Shown here: piece after piece, positions 39,244 through 49,767 of the stretch
Position numbering within the stretch: position 1 is the first letter of the stretch
Layout of the letters: the number at the start of each line of letters is the position of its first letter
NCBI GenBank assembly: GCA_964473105.1
Contig: CAYYNQ010000042.1
Span: 58,507 to 122,506 of the forward strand
Source of the DNA: an uncultured Candidatus Sumerlaeota bacterium
GTDB lineage: Bacteria > Sumerlaeota > Sumerlaeia > MVZB01
Length of the DNA: 64,000 nt
Reading direction: 5' to 3'
Notes under the pieces: model-generated
Told to the model about the DNA's origin: nothing
Database searches by the model: none
The model's input: only the letters and a program-made list of their open reading frames with translations
Translations under genes and position numbers: made by a program

Positions 39244-40644
39244 ATGAAGGCAAGGGAACTGAGCATCCTAGGGGTCCCGCGAGGAAAGGTCATGAAGGCG
39301 GCACTCAGGGCAATTCGGGTTGCTACACAAGCCGGATTAAAGAAGGTAGAGCTGAACCATTCGATCCGTTTGCTGATGCAAGATCCTGAAAAATGGATCC
39401 GGCATCCACAGTTGGGAAATCTTGCCGTGGAATTCTTGAGTCATCCCGATGCAGAAGGTCATGCATCTGTGTGCCCCTCGGCGTCTGTTCGGTTTGAACA
39501 GTGGGGAGCCGATCTCGCGGCGGCTGTGGTTGACCAGATGCGGAACGCCTGTCAACTGCCAGTGTCGGTTGCGGGGGCCCTCATGCCGGATGCGCATGTT
39601 GGTTACGGTCTGCCGATCGGCGGGGTGCTGGCAACCAACAATGCCGTCATTCCCTATGCTGTCGGCGTCGATATTGCATGCCGGATGAAGCTCAGCATAT
39701 TGGACATGCCGGTCCATAACCTTGTCCGGCATCATGCATTAATGACGCGTGCCATCGAGCAGGAGACACGTTTCGGCGTGGGTTCAGTCTTTCAGAAATA
39801 TCGTGATCACGATGTGATGGATGAGGATTGGAACGTGACGACAGTCACGGGTCGGCTTCATGACAAGGCATGGAGCCAACTGGGCACAAGTGGCAGCGGC
39901 AACCACTTCGTAGAATTTGGTGAGGTCATGATTGAGAAGCCCGGTCTGGGCCTGCCGGCGGGAAGTTACACTGCGCTGCTCAGCCATAGCGGCAGCCGTG
40001 GTGCCGGGGCTGTTGTGGCGGGCCATTACAGCCGGCTGGCGATGTCGCTGCATCAGGACCTGCCGAAGGGATTGAAACAATTGGCATGGCTTGATCTTGC
40101 CTCCGAGCCGGGTGTCGAATATTGGGAAGCCATGCAGTTGATGGGCAAGTATGCCGCGGCCAATCATTCCTGCATTCACCGGCATGTGGTCCGACATTTG
40201 GGGGCCGGCATACTGCTACAGGTTGAGAACCACCATAATTTTGCCTGGATCGAGCCCCATGGCGGTCGGGAGGTTGTCGTGCACCGCAAGGGGGCAACAC
40301 CGGCGGGTTCCGGCGTGCTGGGGGTCATCCCGGGTTCAATGGGTGATCCGGGTTATGTGGTGCGGGGCCGGGGGAACCCCCGCTCACTCGAGTCGGCCTC
40401 ACACGGGGCAGGACGCAGGATGAGCCGCAGGAGGGCAAAGCAGTCGTTAACATGGAACGAGACGAGGAATTACCTTGAGGAACGTGGCGTGACACTGTTG
40501 TCGGCCGGGCTGAACGAGTCACCCATGGCTTACAAGAATATCGAGGTCGTGATGGCTGCCCAGCAGGACTTGGTCGAGATAATTGCGCGTTTTGATCCGC
40601 GTCTTGTCAAGATGGCCCCTGACGGTGAACGAGTCGAGAATTAA
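39244..40644 (+). CDS. rtcB: RtcB family RNA ligase
   Basis: MPDAHVGYGLPIGG, VGVDIAC, GTSGSGNHF, HSGSRG, NHHN, HRKGAT, SASHGAGR. Confidence 0.96.
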   Translation: MKARELSILGVPRGKVMKAALRAIRVATQAGLKKVELNHSIRLLMQDPEKWIRHPQLGNLAVEFLSHPDAEGHASVCPSASVRFEQWGADLAAAVVDQMRNACQLPVSVAGALMPDAHVGYGLPIGGVLATNNAVIPYAVGVDIACRMKLSILDMPVHNLVRHHALMTRAIEQETRFGVGSVFQKYRDHDVMDEDWNVTTVTGRLHDKAWSQLGTSGSGNHFVEFGEVMIEKPGLGLPAGSYTALLSHSGSRGAGAVVAGHYSRLAMSLHQDLPKGLKQLAWLDLASEPGVEYWEAMQLMGKYAAANHSCIHRHVVRHLGAGILLQVENHHNFAWIEPHGGREVVVHRKGATPAGSGVLGVIPGSMGDPGYVVRGRGNPRSLESASHGAGRRMSRRRAKQSLTWNETRNYLEERGVTLLSAGLNESPMAYKNIEVVMAAQQDLVEIIARFDPRLVKMAPDGERVEN

Positions 40645-40773
40645 TCCACCGCACCCGGTTGTTTCACCAGTCATAAGGCCTTGATGACGGTTGCTGATGT
40701 TGGTTCTGTCCGCTAGGATATCGGGTCTGCCCGCATGTTGGCGGTCGGGACCATGTAAAAAGGATGTGATTTG

Positions 40774-43041
40774 ATGACATATGATCTGGACATGATCAAG
40801 GGGGTGTATGCCCGTTTGCCTGGGAACATTGATGCTGCGCGCAGGTTGGCGGGTCGACCGCTGACTCTGGCCGAGAAGATATTATACAACCATATCAGTT
40901 CGGGAGTCCCCGGACAGCTTTATGCGCGCGGTGGGGCATATGTCGACTTTGCGCCGGACCGGGTGGCCATGCAGGACGCCACCGCCCAGATGGCATTGCT
41001 CCAGTTCATGCAGGCCTGTCGTCCGCGTATAGCCGTGCCGTCCACGGTGCATTGTGATCACCTGATCCAGGCACGTGAAGGCGCGGCTGAGGATCTGCGT
41101 TCTGCACTGGACACAAACCGCGAGGTATACGATTTCCTCTCCTCGGTCAGCAACAAGTATGGAATCGGTTTCTGGAAACCCGGCGCCGGAATCATTCACC
41201 AGGTTGTGCTTGAGAACTATGCGTTCCCCGGGGGCATGATGATTGGCACCGACAGCCACACGCCCAATGCAGGGGGGCTTGGCATGGTCGCGATCGGGGT
41301 CGGCGGGGCTGATGCGGTTGATGTCATGGCGGGGATGCCGTGGGAACTAAAGATGCCGCGGCTGGTCGGGGTTCACCTGACCGGAAAACTCAATGGCTGG
41401 ACAGCGCCCAAGGATGTGATCCTCAAGGTGGCGGGAATCATGACCGTCAAGGGCGGTACGGGTTGTATCGTCGAGTATTTCGGCGAGGGTTCCGAGAACA
41501 TGAGCTGCACAGGCAAAGGCACTGTCTGCAACATGGGTGCCGAGATCGGTGCGACCACCAGCCTTTTTGCATTTGACGAGTCCATGGTGCGTTACCTGGA
41601 ATCGACAGGCCGTATGGATCTGGCAATGGAGGCCAAGGCTGTTTCCGAACACCTGCGCCCGGATCAGGAGGTTTATAAAAGTCCGGCGGAATTTTATGAC
41701 CAGTTGATCGAGATTGATCTTGATGAGCTTGAACCGCACGTCAACGGGCCGTTCACGCCCGATCTGGCCACGCCAATTTCCAAACTGGGTCAGGCCGTAC
41801 GTGAAAACGGCTGGCCGCTCGACATTGAAGTGGGCTTGATCGGATCGTGCACCAACTCGAGTTATGAAGACATGTCGCGGGCCGCTTCAATTGCAAGGCA
41901 GGCACGGGATAAAAAACTGAAGGCCCGAAGTGAATACACCGTTACCCCGGGGTCGGAACAGGTGCGTTACACCATTGAGCGGGACGGGCTGCTCGAAGAT
42001 TTCAAGGAAATCGGTGGTGTGGTATTGGCCAACGCATGTGGACCGTGTATCGGGCAGTGGGCAAGGCATCGGGACGATGGTGACCAACCCAACACGATTG
42101 TGACTTCCTTCAATCGTAACTTTGCAAAACGTAACGATGGCCTGAGAAACACGCATTCGTTCGTGGCCTCGCCCGATCTGGTGACGGCGCTCTCTCTTGC
42201 CGGGCGCCTCGACTTCAACCCGTTGACGGACTTGCTGATCAATGAGGACGGCGAGGAGATTCGACTTGATCCACCTGATGGTGAGGAGCTGCCTGCCCTG
42301 GGTTTTGCCTGCGAGGATCCGGGTTATCAGGAACCTGCCGAAGACGGCAGCAACGTGGACGTCATTGTTGATCCCTCAAGCGAAAGGTTGCAGTTGCTCG
42401 AGGGATTTTCGGCCTGGGAGGGCAACGATTTGCTTGGGCTCAGGCTGCTGCTCAAGGCCAAGGGAAAATGCACAACCGACCATATATCGATGGCCGGCCC
42501 ATGGCTTCGTTTTCGCGGTCATCTTGACAATATATCAGATAACTGCTTTATCGGTGCGATTAATGCCTTCAATGAAAAGGTCAACTGCGTCAAGAACCAG
42601 CTTGATGGAGGCTATGCGGAGGTTCCGAGAACAGCGCGGGCATACAAGGCCGAAGGCTTGGGGTCGGTCGTTTTCGGTGATGAGAATTACGGCGAGGGAA
42701 GCAGCCGTGAACATGCCGCCATGGAACCCCGCCATCTGGGGGTAAGGGCGGTTATTGTCCGTTCATTTGCACGAATTCACGAAACCAACCTCAAGAAACA
42801 GGGTATGCTTGCGCTGACATTTGCAAATCCTGCAGATTATGACAGGGTAATGGAGAATGACTCCATCGATATCACCGGCTTGGCAGGTTTTTCGCCAGGC
42901 ACGCCCCTGACCATCATGTTGAATCATGCCGATGGCAGTCTTGATGAGTTTCAGGTCAACCATTCTTACAATGATGCGCAGATCGAGTGGTTCAGGGCAG
43001 GCAGTGCACTGAACCTGATCAAGGCGCGGCAGTCGATCTGA
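40774..43041 (+). CDS. Aconitate hydratase (mitochondrial-type family)
   Basis: [61 protein letters not shown]. Confidence 0.96.
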   Translation: MTYDLDMIKGVYARLPGNIDAARRLAGRPLTLAEKILYNHISSGVPGQLYARGGAYVDFAPDRVAMQDATAQMALLQFMQACRPRIAVPSTVHCDHLIQAREGAAEDLRSALDTNREVYDFLSSVSNKYGIGFWKPGAGIIHQVVLENYAFPGGMMIGTDSHTPNAGGLGMVAIGVGGADAVDVMAGMPWELKMPRLVGVHLTGKLNGWTAPKDVILKVAGIMTVKGGTGCIVEYFGEGSENMSCTGKGTVCNMGAEIGATTSLFAFDESMVRYLESTGRMDLAMEAKAVSEHLRPDQEVYKSPAEFYDQLIEIDLDELEPHVNGPFTPDLATPISKLGQAVRENGWPLDIEVGLIGSCTNSSYEDMSRAASIARQARDKKLKARSEYTVTPGSEQVRYTIERDGLLEDFKEIGGVVLANACGPCIGQWARHRDDGDQPNTIVTSFNRNFAKRNDGLRNTHSFVASPDLVTALSLAGRLDFNPLTDLLINEDGEEIRLDPPDGEELPALGFACEDPGYQEPAEDGSNVDVIVDPSSERLQLLEGFSAWEGNDLLGLRLLLKAKGKCTTDHISMAGPWLRFRGHLDNISDNCFIGAINAFNEKVNCVKNQLDGGYAEVPRTARAYKAEGLGSVVFGDENYGEGSSREHAAMEPRHLGVRAVIVRSFARIHETNLKKQGMLALTFANPADYDRVMENDSIDITGLAGFSPGTPLTIMLNHADGSLDEFQVNHSYNDAQIEWFRAGSALNLIKARQSI

Positions 43042-43132
43042 TGAGGCGCAGTTGGCAACATGTCTCATTTTCATCATGGAAGATACAGCTGTCATCTTCC
43101 GTGTTCTTGTGAGTAACGGAGCATAACTGCCG

Positions 43133-44329
43133 ATGGAAAAAATGATCAATCCGGCCCGTGCGCTTCAGCTGGTGCTTGATGCCGCGGAACCTCTTGACGC
43201 GGTTGAAAAGCCGCTGGTTGACTGTAACGCGATGCTTCTTGCGGAGTCTGTTGTGGCTGACCGGGATTATCCGCCATTTAACCGCGCCATGATGGACGGT
43301 TATGCTGTCCATGTTTCAGATTCGGGTAGAACGATCGATGTGATTGGCGAACTGGCGGCCGGATCAATATGGGACAACCCTCTGGAACCGGGAACCGCTC
43401 TTGAGATCATGACAGGCGCACCCTGCCCAGATGGGACAGATGCCGTTATCCAGAAAGAACGGGTCTGCAGGAGTGGCGATTCAGTGTCACTGCCCGGGGG
43501 AATAGATCCCGGGTTGAACATCGCCCAGTCTGGGGAGGAGTGTCCTGCAGGCAGATTGGTCTTGAGCGAGGGGGACGTGCTGAACCAGATTGGGATTGCA
43601 TTGCTCGCGACTGTGGGACGGACGACAGCCCGGATCAGGCCGGCTCCATCGGTCGGGGTCATCTCGACCGGTGACGAGTTGGTCAATGTGGGTGAGGTGC
43701 CTAGACCAGGTGAAATCCGTGACGGGAACGGACCAATGCTGACGGCCATGTGCCATTCGATCGGCCTGACACGCGTTACACATCTTCATGCAAGGGACAA
43801 TTTGGTTTCGCTCACAGCTGCCCTGAACAAGGTCCTTGACCATGATATTATCATGTTGGTCGGTGGGGTGTCCGCCGGGAAATACGACTTGGTTCCACAG
43901 GCGTTAGAATCTGTCGGGGCCAAGGCGGTTTTCCATCAGGTGACCCAGCGTCCGGGGAAACCGCTGTTCTTTGCGGCCCGAGGTCGGCAGCTTTTTTTCG
44001 GCTTGCCAGGCAACCCGTTGTCCGCTCACATGGGTTTCCAGCGTTATATCAAGCCGGCAATCCGGAAATTAACGGGTCAGCACCCTGTTGCTCCGGGCGG
44101 GAGCGGCCGATTGACGGAGTCAACGATCGTTCGCGGTGATCGGTTATGGTATGCACTTGTGAGGGTTGAGCGTGATCAGGCAGGTTTTGCGGTTACGCCG
44201 ATTCATGGTAGGGGTTCGGCGGATGTCTTCGCGGCTGGTTGTGCCAATGCAATGGTCTGTTTTGAACCATCCGTCAAATATCCCAAGGATTCCAGTATCG
44301 ATTTCGAGTGGATCATGCCCTCCTGTTGA
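43133..44329 (+). CDS. moeA: Molybdopterin molybdotransferase
   Basis: PPFNRAMMDGYAV, IMTGAP, STGDEL, GGVSAGKYD, RPGKP, GLPGNP. Confidence 0.95.
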   Translation: MEKMINPARALQLVLDAAEPLDAVEKPLVDCNAMLLAESVVADRDYPPFNRAMMDGYAVHVSDSGRTIDVIGELAAGSIWDNPLEPGTALEIMTGAPCPDGTDAVIQKERVCRSGDSVSLPGGIDPGLNIAQSGEECPAGRLVLSEGDVLNQIGIALLATVGRTTARIRPAPSVGVISTGDELVNVGEVPRPGEIRDGNGPMLTAMCHSIGLTRVTHLHARDNLVSLTAALNKVLDHDIIMLVGGVSAGKYDLVPQALESVGAKAVFHQVTQRPGKPLFFAARGRQLFFGLPGNPLSAHMGFQRYIKPAIRKLTGQHPVAPGGSGRLTESTIVRGDRLWYALVRVERDQAGFAVTPIHGRGSADVFAAGCANAMVCFEPSVKYPKDSSIDFEWIMPSC

Positions 44330-44554
44330 TATTATTTTACAGTTGCAGCCGGGGATGTCCTCGGGCGGTTACATTCAAAACAGCCCGACCCATTTGGGAA
44401 TAATAGCACCTGATCATAATATGGGTTTGAAAACAAAATTATATTTTCGCCTTTCATGATATATGATGCCTGAATGGCTTGTATTATTTAACCGTAAAAA
44501 CCGTGACATCCAGATCCGAATCAGGAACAATCCCGTAAAAGTTGAAATTCAACC

Positions 44555-45037
44555 ATGAACCTGGAAAACAATCCAAAGCTGAGCCATATTGATGATCAGG
44601 GTCGAGCAAAGATGGTCGATGTCAGCGCAAAGGATGTTACCCTGCGCCGCGCAGTGGCCACAGCGCGGGTGAAAACCCGTTCCGATGTGGTGGATCTGAT
44701 CCGCGAAGGCAAGACGGCCAAGGGTGATGTCCTGGCGACCGCACGGATTGCCGGGGTCATGGCTGCCAAGCGCACCTCTGACCTGATCCCGTTGTGTCAC
44801 CCACTGCCCGTTTCCAGCGCAACGGTTGACCTGATCCTGCAGGAAACAGCCATTGACATCACAGCCGAGGTCCAGAGCAAGGCACAAACCGGGGTAGAAA
44901 TGGAGGCCCTGACCGCTGTGTCGGTGGCTGCATTGACGGTTTATGACATGTGCAAGGCCGTCGATCGGTCGATGGTGATCGAGCATGTTCGACTCGAGAA
45001 GAAGTCGGGGGGACAGAGTGGTGAGTTCAGGAGATGA
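44555..45037 (+). CDS. moaC: Cyclic pyranopterin monophosphate synthase
   Basis: MVDVSAK, KGDVL, LIPLCHP, TGVEMEAL, YDMCKAVD. Confidence 0.98.
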   Translation: MNLENNPKLSHIDDQGRAKMVDVSAKDVTLRRAVATARVKTRSDVVDLIREGKTAKGDVLATARIAGVMAAKRTSDLIPLCHPLPVSSATVDLILQETAIDITAEVQSKAQTGVEMEALTAVSVAALTVYDMCKAVDRSMVIEHVRLEKKSGGQSGEFRR

Positions 45038-45104
45038 TGTCGTCGCTGGGCCTGTTCATGTGATGTATTACCGGGTATGCGTTTTTTGACACAAGGAATG
45101 ATCC

Positions 45105-45692
45105 GTGGAACTGGATATCATGTTTGTCGACATCCGGGATGGTGAGCCTGTAATAGATGACACCACCCTTGACAGCATCGGACCGGCGTCGGGCTTCCTG
45201 AACCTGGCGCAGATGCTTGGATATACACTCGGCCCGATCCGTAACATACAGGAGGAAGAAGTCCGGCGCCAATTGAGCGGATTTGAGTTGTTCATGAAGA
45301 AGGATCGGGAGGTCCGCAAAGGTCGTTTTGCCGCGTATTGTAATTATCTTGTTGATGCATTGAGGGAATACCGTGGATCTTCGGGAGCTGATCCGGATGG
45401 GATTGTGGAGATGCCAGACGCGATTGATGTCGAATCTTTTGATGACGACGTCAGGGTGCTCCTTGGGGGGTTCATGCTGAGCGACGATCCGATTCCCGAT
45501 GAAACGGTTGCATCCATGATCCCATTCTTGGGGCTGTCTTTGGGTTTTTTCAAACAGTTTGCGGAGCATTATGCGGACGAGAGACCGGATGTTGCCGAGG
45601 CTTTTGGTCTGGCATACGAATTCCTGAAAGTTGTCAGCGACTACTGTGACGAGGCAGTCGAAAAGCAGAAGATCCTGTTCATCTCCGCATGA
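45105..45692 (+). CDS. Acidic hypothetical protein
   Basis: 195-aa ORF with an AAGGA RBS before GTG; strongly D/E-rich; no motif recognised. Confidence 0.7.
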   Translation: MELDIMFVDIRDGEPVIDDTTLDSIGPASGFLNLAQMLGYTLGPIRNIQEEEVRRQLSGFELFMKKDREVRKGRFAAYCNYLVDALREYRGSSGADPDGIVEMPDAIDVESFDDDVRVLLGGFMLSDDPIPDETVASMIPFLGLSLGFFKQFAEHYADERPDVAEAFGLAYEFLKVVSDYCDEAVEKQKILFISA

Positions 45693-46003
45693 AGATGCCC
45701 CTTGAGCGATTGGTTGCAATCAAGACTTATCGCTTCTACGCACAGATGGAATGCGCGGATTATTTCAAACAAACCTGAAATAGAAATATGAAGCATGGGG
45801 AAAATAGTTTTCATGCAAGGGACCCGGGTTTATCAGGTCAACGCTTCAAGGGCTGCCTGTTTCTTGCTTATGCTCCGACCGAACTTGACGGGGCTTGAAC
45901 CAGAAAGGGGCAGGATCATACCTGGTGGATACAGAGGGATACGCCAGGCTTGACTTGAACGCCGGTATGATGGCAAGGTGTGGGGCAGGCATGACATTCT
46001 AAT

Positions 46004-46078
46004 GCGCCTGTAGCACAACGGCTAGTGCATCGGCCTTCCAAGCCGAGGATATGGGTTCGATTCCCATCAGGCGCTCCA
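46004..46078 (+). tRNA. tRNA-Gly (anticodon TCC)
   Basis: Acceptor stem GCGCCTG/CAGGCGC, D-stem GCAC/GTGC, anticodon arm TCGGC-CTTCCAA-GCCGA, T-arm ATGGG-TTCGATT-CCCAT, discriminator T, encoded CCA. Confidence 0.97.
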
Positions 46079-46134
46079 CTCGCTCGGCCCCCGCTTGACC
46101 GGATCCATATTTTATACTAAAACATGGGTGGATC

Positions 46135-47034
46135 ATGGTCAAAAATATCTTAAGATCACATGTGGGCAATCTTTTAAGAGAAAAGTATAAGGGAACCTTG
46201 AACCTATCCGGTATCCGGGGCTGGGTATCACGTTGTTTGATCTATAGCGTGAGGACAGTTGAGTCAGATATGAATCTAGGATTCCGTATGATTATGGATG
46301 TTGGATCTGGAGAACAATTGAGCGCCTGCCATACTGGAGAATGGGAGAAATCCACCATATTAAAGTGCCTGGAATTTTTCCCGGATAGTGGTGTTATGCT
46401 GGATATAGGAGCCAACGTGGGCTTGGTTTCTTGTGCTTTGGGGTCATTAAAAAAACATGCCAGAATACATGCAATAGAGCCTGTCGGAAATAATTTCAAG
46501 AGGTTGGTTGAAAATATAAAATTAAACTCCCTGGGAGAAAAAGTATTTCCAACTTGCATTGCATTAGGTGATGAATCCGGGAGACTAGAAATGCGTATTA
46601 CTCCGGGTAGTTCCACGAATAATGCTGTCGGCTCCGATATGATGTCCCGTGAGGATATGAAGACTGTAAACGAAGGAAACTGGGGCCGAGAAGATGTCGC
46701 TGTGGTGACATTGGACTGTCTCGTCGAACGTCTGGGATTGACACGTTGTGATCTGATCAAGATTGATGTGGAAGGGGCAGAATTGAATATTCTGCGAGGC
46801 GGCACGAATATGCTCAGCAAATTACGGCCAGTTATCATTGGTGAATTCAGTCCCTACTGGATGGAACAGATCAACCAGAATTTTGGCGATGTCATTGAAC
46901 TGATGGAACCGTTTGGTTATGAGTTCTACATAGAGATGAATGGTGAATATGTTCCTGTAACAGAGGACAATATTGCCAAAGGGTTGGAAATGCCATCTTA
47001 TCTACTTTTGCCAAATTCAGGGGACAAAGAGTAA
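46135..47034 (+). CDS. FkbM family SAM-dependent methyltransferase
   Basis: LDIGANVG, AIEPV, IKIDVEGAE..ILRG. Confidence 0.92.
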   Translation: MVKNILRSHVGNLLREKYKGTLNLSGIRGWVSRCLIYSVRTVESDMNLGFRMIMDVGSGEQLSACHTGEWEKSTILKCLEFFPDSGVMLDIGANVGLVSCALGSLKKHARIHAIEPVGNNFKRLVENIKLNSLGEKVFPTCIALGDESGRLEMRITPGSSTNNAVGSDMMSREDMKTVNEGNWGREDVAVVTLDCLVERLGLTRCDLIKIDVEGAELNILRGGTNMLSKLRPVIIGEFSPYWMEQINQNFGDVIELMEPFGYEFYIEMNGEYVPVTEDNIAKGLEMPSYLLLPNSGDKE

Positions 47035-47162
47035 AGCTGGATGGTGAAAATAGATTTATCACGTAGTTGCCTTGGGGTTGTTGATACCCTACAAGTTCAA
47101 CACATATCAGGATCATCGCGGGCGGTGTCGGCGTATCTACGGAACCGGTCGCGAGGGCTTCA

Positions 47163-47882
47163 TCATTTAATTGCTCTTTTGGAAGAATCCCGAGGGTTTG
47201 CCCCGTCGATCGTCATATTTATGTGTTCCAAAGGCACGAAGCGCGGGCACCTGCGGTGCTGGACTATGGCATTATCGTGATCTGGCCGGTCATGGAGTTG
47301 GCGGGGGTTACCCCCTGCATGTAGTCCCAGCCGGCAAGATCGGTCTGGCCCCACCCATGCTGAAACACCCGCCCATACATGTGGTGCACGTCCGGCCAGT
47401 ATCATCGCCATGTGACCACCGCCCGAGATGCCTGCCGTGTAAATGCGGTTTAGGTCAATGCTGATTCTGGTTTTAGCATACTGGATTGCGTCCAGTACGT
47501 CCTGCACAGCCATTTCGGAGGCACAAGCCTCGGCCTGATCATTGGGACCCCGGTAGTAAGGTTCGATCGCAGCCCAGCCTCAGCTATTGCGGCCGCACTC
47601 GGCTAGACTTTCAGCAGCGTAGTTCGTGGCAAAACTGCTGCCCCAGGTATGGAGCATCACGAGCAGGGGGACCGGGTTATCCCGGTTCTCCCGAGGGATA
47701 TGGATGATCGCCGGCTGCAGGCTGCCGTCAAGGGTGCTCTTGAACCTCACCATTTCAGATCGGTGCCCTTTACCCGTCACCTGCCCACAGGTGGTGGGCG
47801 GCAGGCAGGACATCAAGGCCGCGACCATGATTAGTCGGGCAGTCCCCATTTTTTGCATCATCTCCCGGTTTTGAACGACCAC
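47163..47882 (-). pseudogene. Disrupted secreted alpha/beta-hydrolase (esterase/prolyl oligopeptidase-like)
   Basis: PLLVMLHTW...ECGRNS*GWAAIEPYYRGPN reads in one frame through a TGA at 47580-47582 into the GISGGG nucleophile elbow; apparent frameshift after SAWVGP; no recognisable C-terminus. Confidence 0.75.
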
Positions 47883-48192
47883 GTTGGTATCACATGTAAT
47901 GTTAAACCTGACGGGCAGTCAGCCAGTCTTTTGACGATATTTCCATTTCCATTTACAAGTCTCGTTTGCATGTCAAAACTCAACCTTGGTGGCCCGTTGG
48001 TGGACTCAGAATGAATGATCCGATACAGGTAATCAGTTACAGGATGCAATGGATGAAAAATCTGCGGAGCTGTCGATGGCCGTTGCGTCCTGCCTTGATG
48101 ATTGATCGAAACCTGTATGCCGTTGTGGAAACCATAGGCTATAATTCTTTCGTGGTATTTGCTTTAATAAAGTGGATCTTGTTTACGGGCGG

Positions 48193-49689
48193 ATGCGAGC
48201 AATGGTGAAAACGATTCCAAAACTTTTCGAGATCAAGGGTGCCTGTAAACGGTACTCGGGTGTCCAGGCGTTGGACAAAGTTGACTTCGATCTTGATGTG
48301 GGTGAAGTACATTGTCTGGTCGGTGAGAACGGTGCCGGAAAATCAACGTTGATCAAGGTCATCGCGGGCGTGATTACCCCCGACGCCGGAGAAATCCGGG
48401 TTGACGGTAAAAAAATCTGTTTCACATCCCCCCTCGATTCCCAAGGCGCCGGAATCAACGTGGTCCATCAGGAATTCGCGCTTTGTGCGGAACTCAGTAT
48501 TGCGGAGAACATTTTCCTCGGCCACTGGAAACGTCGTGGATCGTTCATTGACTGGGATGAGATGAACCGGCATGCGGAAACTGCCATTGCAACGCTTGGC
48601 ATGTCGCATGATGTACGGATCCCGGTCAGGGAGTTGAGTCCAATTGAGCGGCGCCTGGTCGGCATTGCCCGCGCGGTTGCCTTTGACGCCGAAGTGTTCA
48701 TCTTTGACGAGCCGACTGCCGCGCTCAGCACGCGGGAAAAAAATCATTTGTTTGCAACGATTCACAGGCTCAGATGCCAGGGCAAGGGGATCATTTATAT
48801 CTCCCATAACCTTGAGGAGATCTTTGAGATCGGAGATCGGGTGACCGTCCTGCGGGATGGACATCTCATCCGTACGCTGCTGATTCGGGAAACCGGACCG
48901 GAGCAGGTGATTGAGGACATGATCGGGCGTGACATGCACCAACTGTACCCGGACCGGGGTGTTTTGCATCCCGGCAACACGCTGCTGGAAATCGAGGGGC
49001 TATCGTGTTTGGGTGTTTTTCAGGAAGTCAGTTTCACGGTCAGGGAGGGGGAGATCCTGGGGATTGCGGGTCTTGTCGGTTCAGGACGGACTGAACTGTT
49101 GAACTCGATATATGGTGTTGATCCCTTCGACGATGGTGAAATCCGCTGGAGGGGTGCAAAGGCAGAGATCGCTTCCCCAGCCGATGCAATACGTCATGGG
49201 ATTGGTTTTGTCACCGAGGACCGTCTGATGGAAGGTCTGGCGCAGCAGTTTACGGTGAAGGAGAACATATCGATGGCCTCCCTAAGGGCGATCAGTCGTG
49301 GCGGAGTCCTTATCGAGAGGCGGGAGGCCGATCTTGCCGAGCAATACATCGGGAGGCTCAACATCGATGCCAGTGGCGCATATGAGATGGTTGCCCACTT
49401 AAGCGGTGGCAACCAGCAGAAAGTCGTCCTGGCAAAATGGCTGTCGCGAAGCTGTGATCTGCTTATGTTCGATGAGCCGACGAAGGGGGTTGACGTCGGA
49501 GCAAGGGAACAGATCTATGAACTGATCTTCCAGCTGGCGCGGTCTGGAAAAGGCATCATCCTCGTCTCCTCGGAGTTTCCCGAGCTTATTGCATTGTCGG
49601 ATCGGATTGTCATTCTAAAACAGGGTCAATTGGTCGGTGAGGTCAACCGCGGGGAATCCAGCCACGAAAAATTGATGTCGATGGTTTAA
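48193..49689 (+). CDS. Sugar ABC transporter ATP-binding protein (RbsA/MglA type, tandem ABC domains)
   Basis: GENGAGKST, FDEPT, ISH, GLVGSGRTE, LSGGNQQKV, DEPTKGVDVGA. Confidence 0.95.
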   Translation: MRAMVKTIPKLFEIKGACKRYSGVQALDKVDFDLDVGEVHCLVGENGAGKSTLIKVIAGVITPDAGEIRVDGKKICFTSPLDSQGAGINVVHQEFALCAELSIAENIFLGHWKRRGSFIDWDEMNRHAETAIATLGMSHDVRIPVRELSPIERRLVGIARAVAFDAEVFIFDEPTAALSTREKNHLFATIHRLRCQGKGIIYISHNLEEIFEIGDRVTVLRDGHLIRTLLIRETGPEQVIEDMIGRDMHQLYPDRGVLHPGNTLLEIEGLSCLGVFQEVSFTVREGEILGIAGLVGSGRTELLNSIYGVDPFDDGEIRWRGAKAEIASPADAIRHGIGFVTEDRLMEGLAQQFTVKENISMASLRAISRGGVLIERREADLAEQYIGRLNIDASGAYEMVAHLSGGNQQKVVLAKWLSRSCDLLMFDEPTKGVDVGAREQIYELIFQLARSGKGIILVSSEFPELIALSDRIVILKQGQLVGEVNRGESSHEKLMSMV

Positions 49690-49767
49690 TGTTCGAGCTC
49701 GTGTCGATACCACCTCAAGCGATGGTGACATCCCGACCGCGAAGGGCGTGAATATGAGGGGGGAAGA

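Noticed and set aside
40774-43041. Eukaryote-to-bacterium transfer of mitochondrial-type aconitase
   Set aside because: This aconitase family is well known in several bacterial phyla, and nothing in the sequence points to a eukaryotic origin
44330-44554. Moco riboswitch near moeA/moaC
   Set aside because: AT-rich spacer without the expected multi-stem structure
45027-45719. 230-aa minus-strand ORF and other long antisense ORFs (e.g. 26449-27129, 50131-50862, 56996-57733)
   Set aside because: Shadows of better-supported genes on the opposite strand; no motifs
46060-46078. att site duplication of the tRNA 3' end
   Set aside because: No convincing second copy seen in the window and no integrase
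47580-47582. In-frame TGA as selenocysteine or stop-codon recoding
   Set aside because: It is not at a Cys-like catalytic position, the same gene also has a frameshift, and TGA is a normal stop for dnaB, ferritin, moaC and others here
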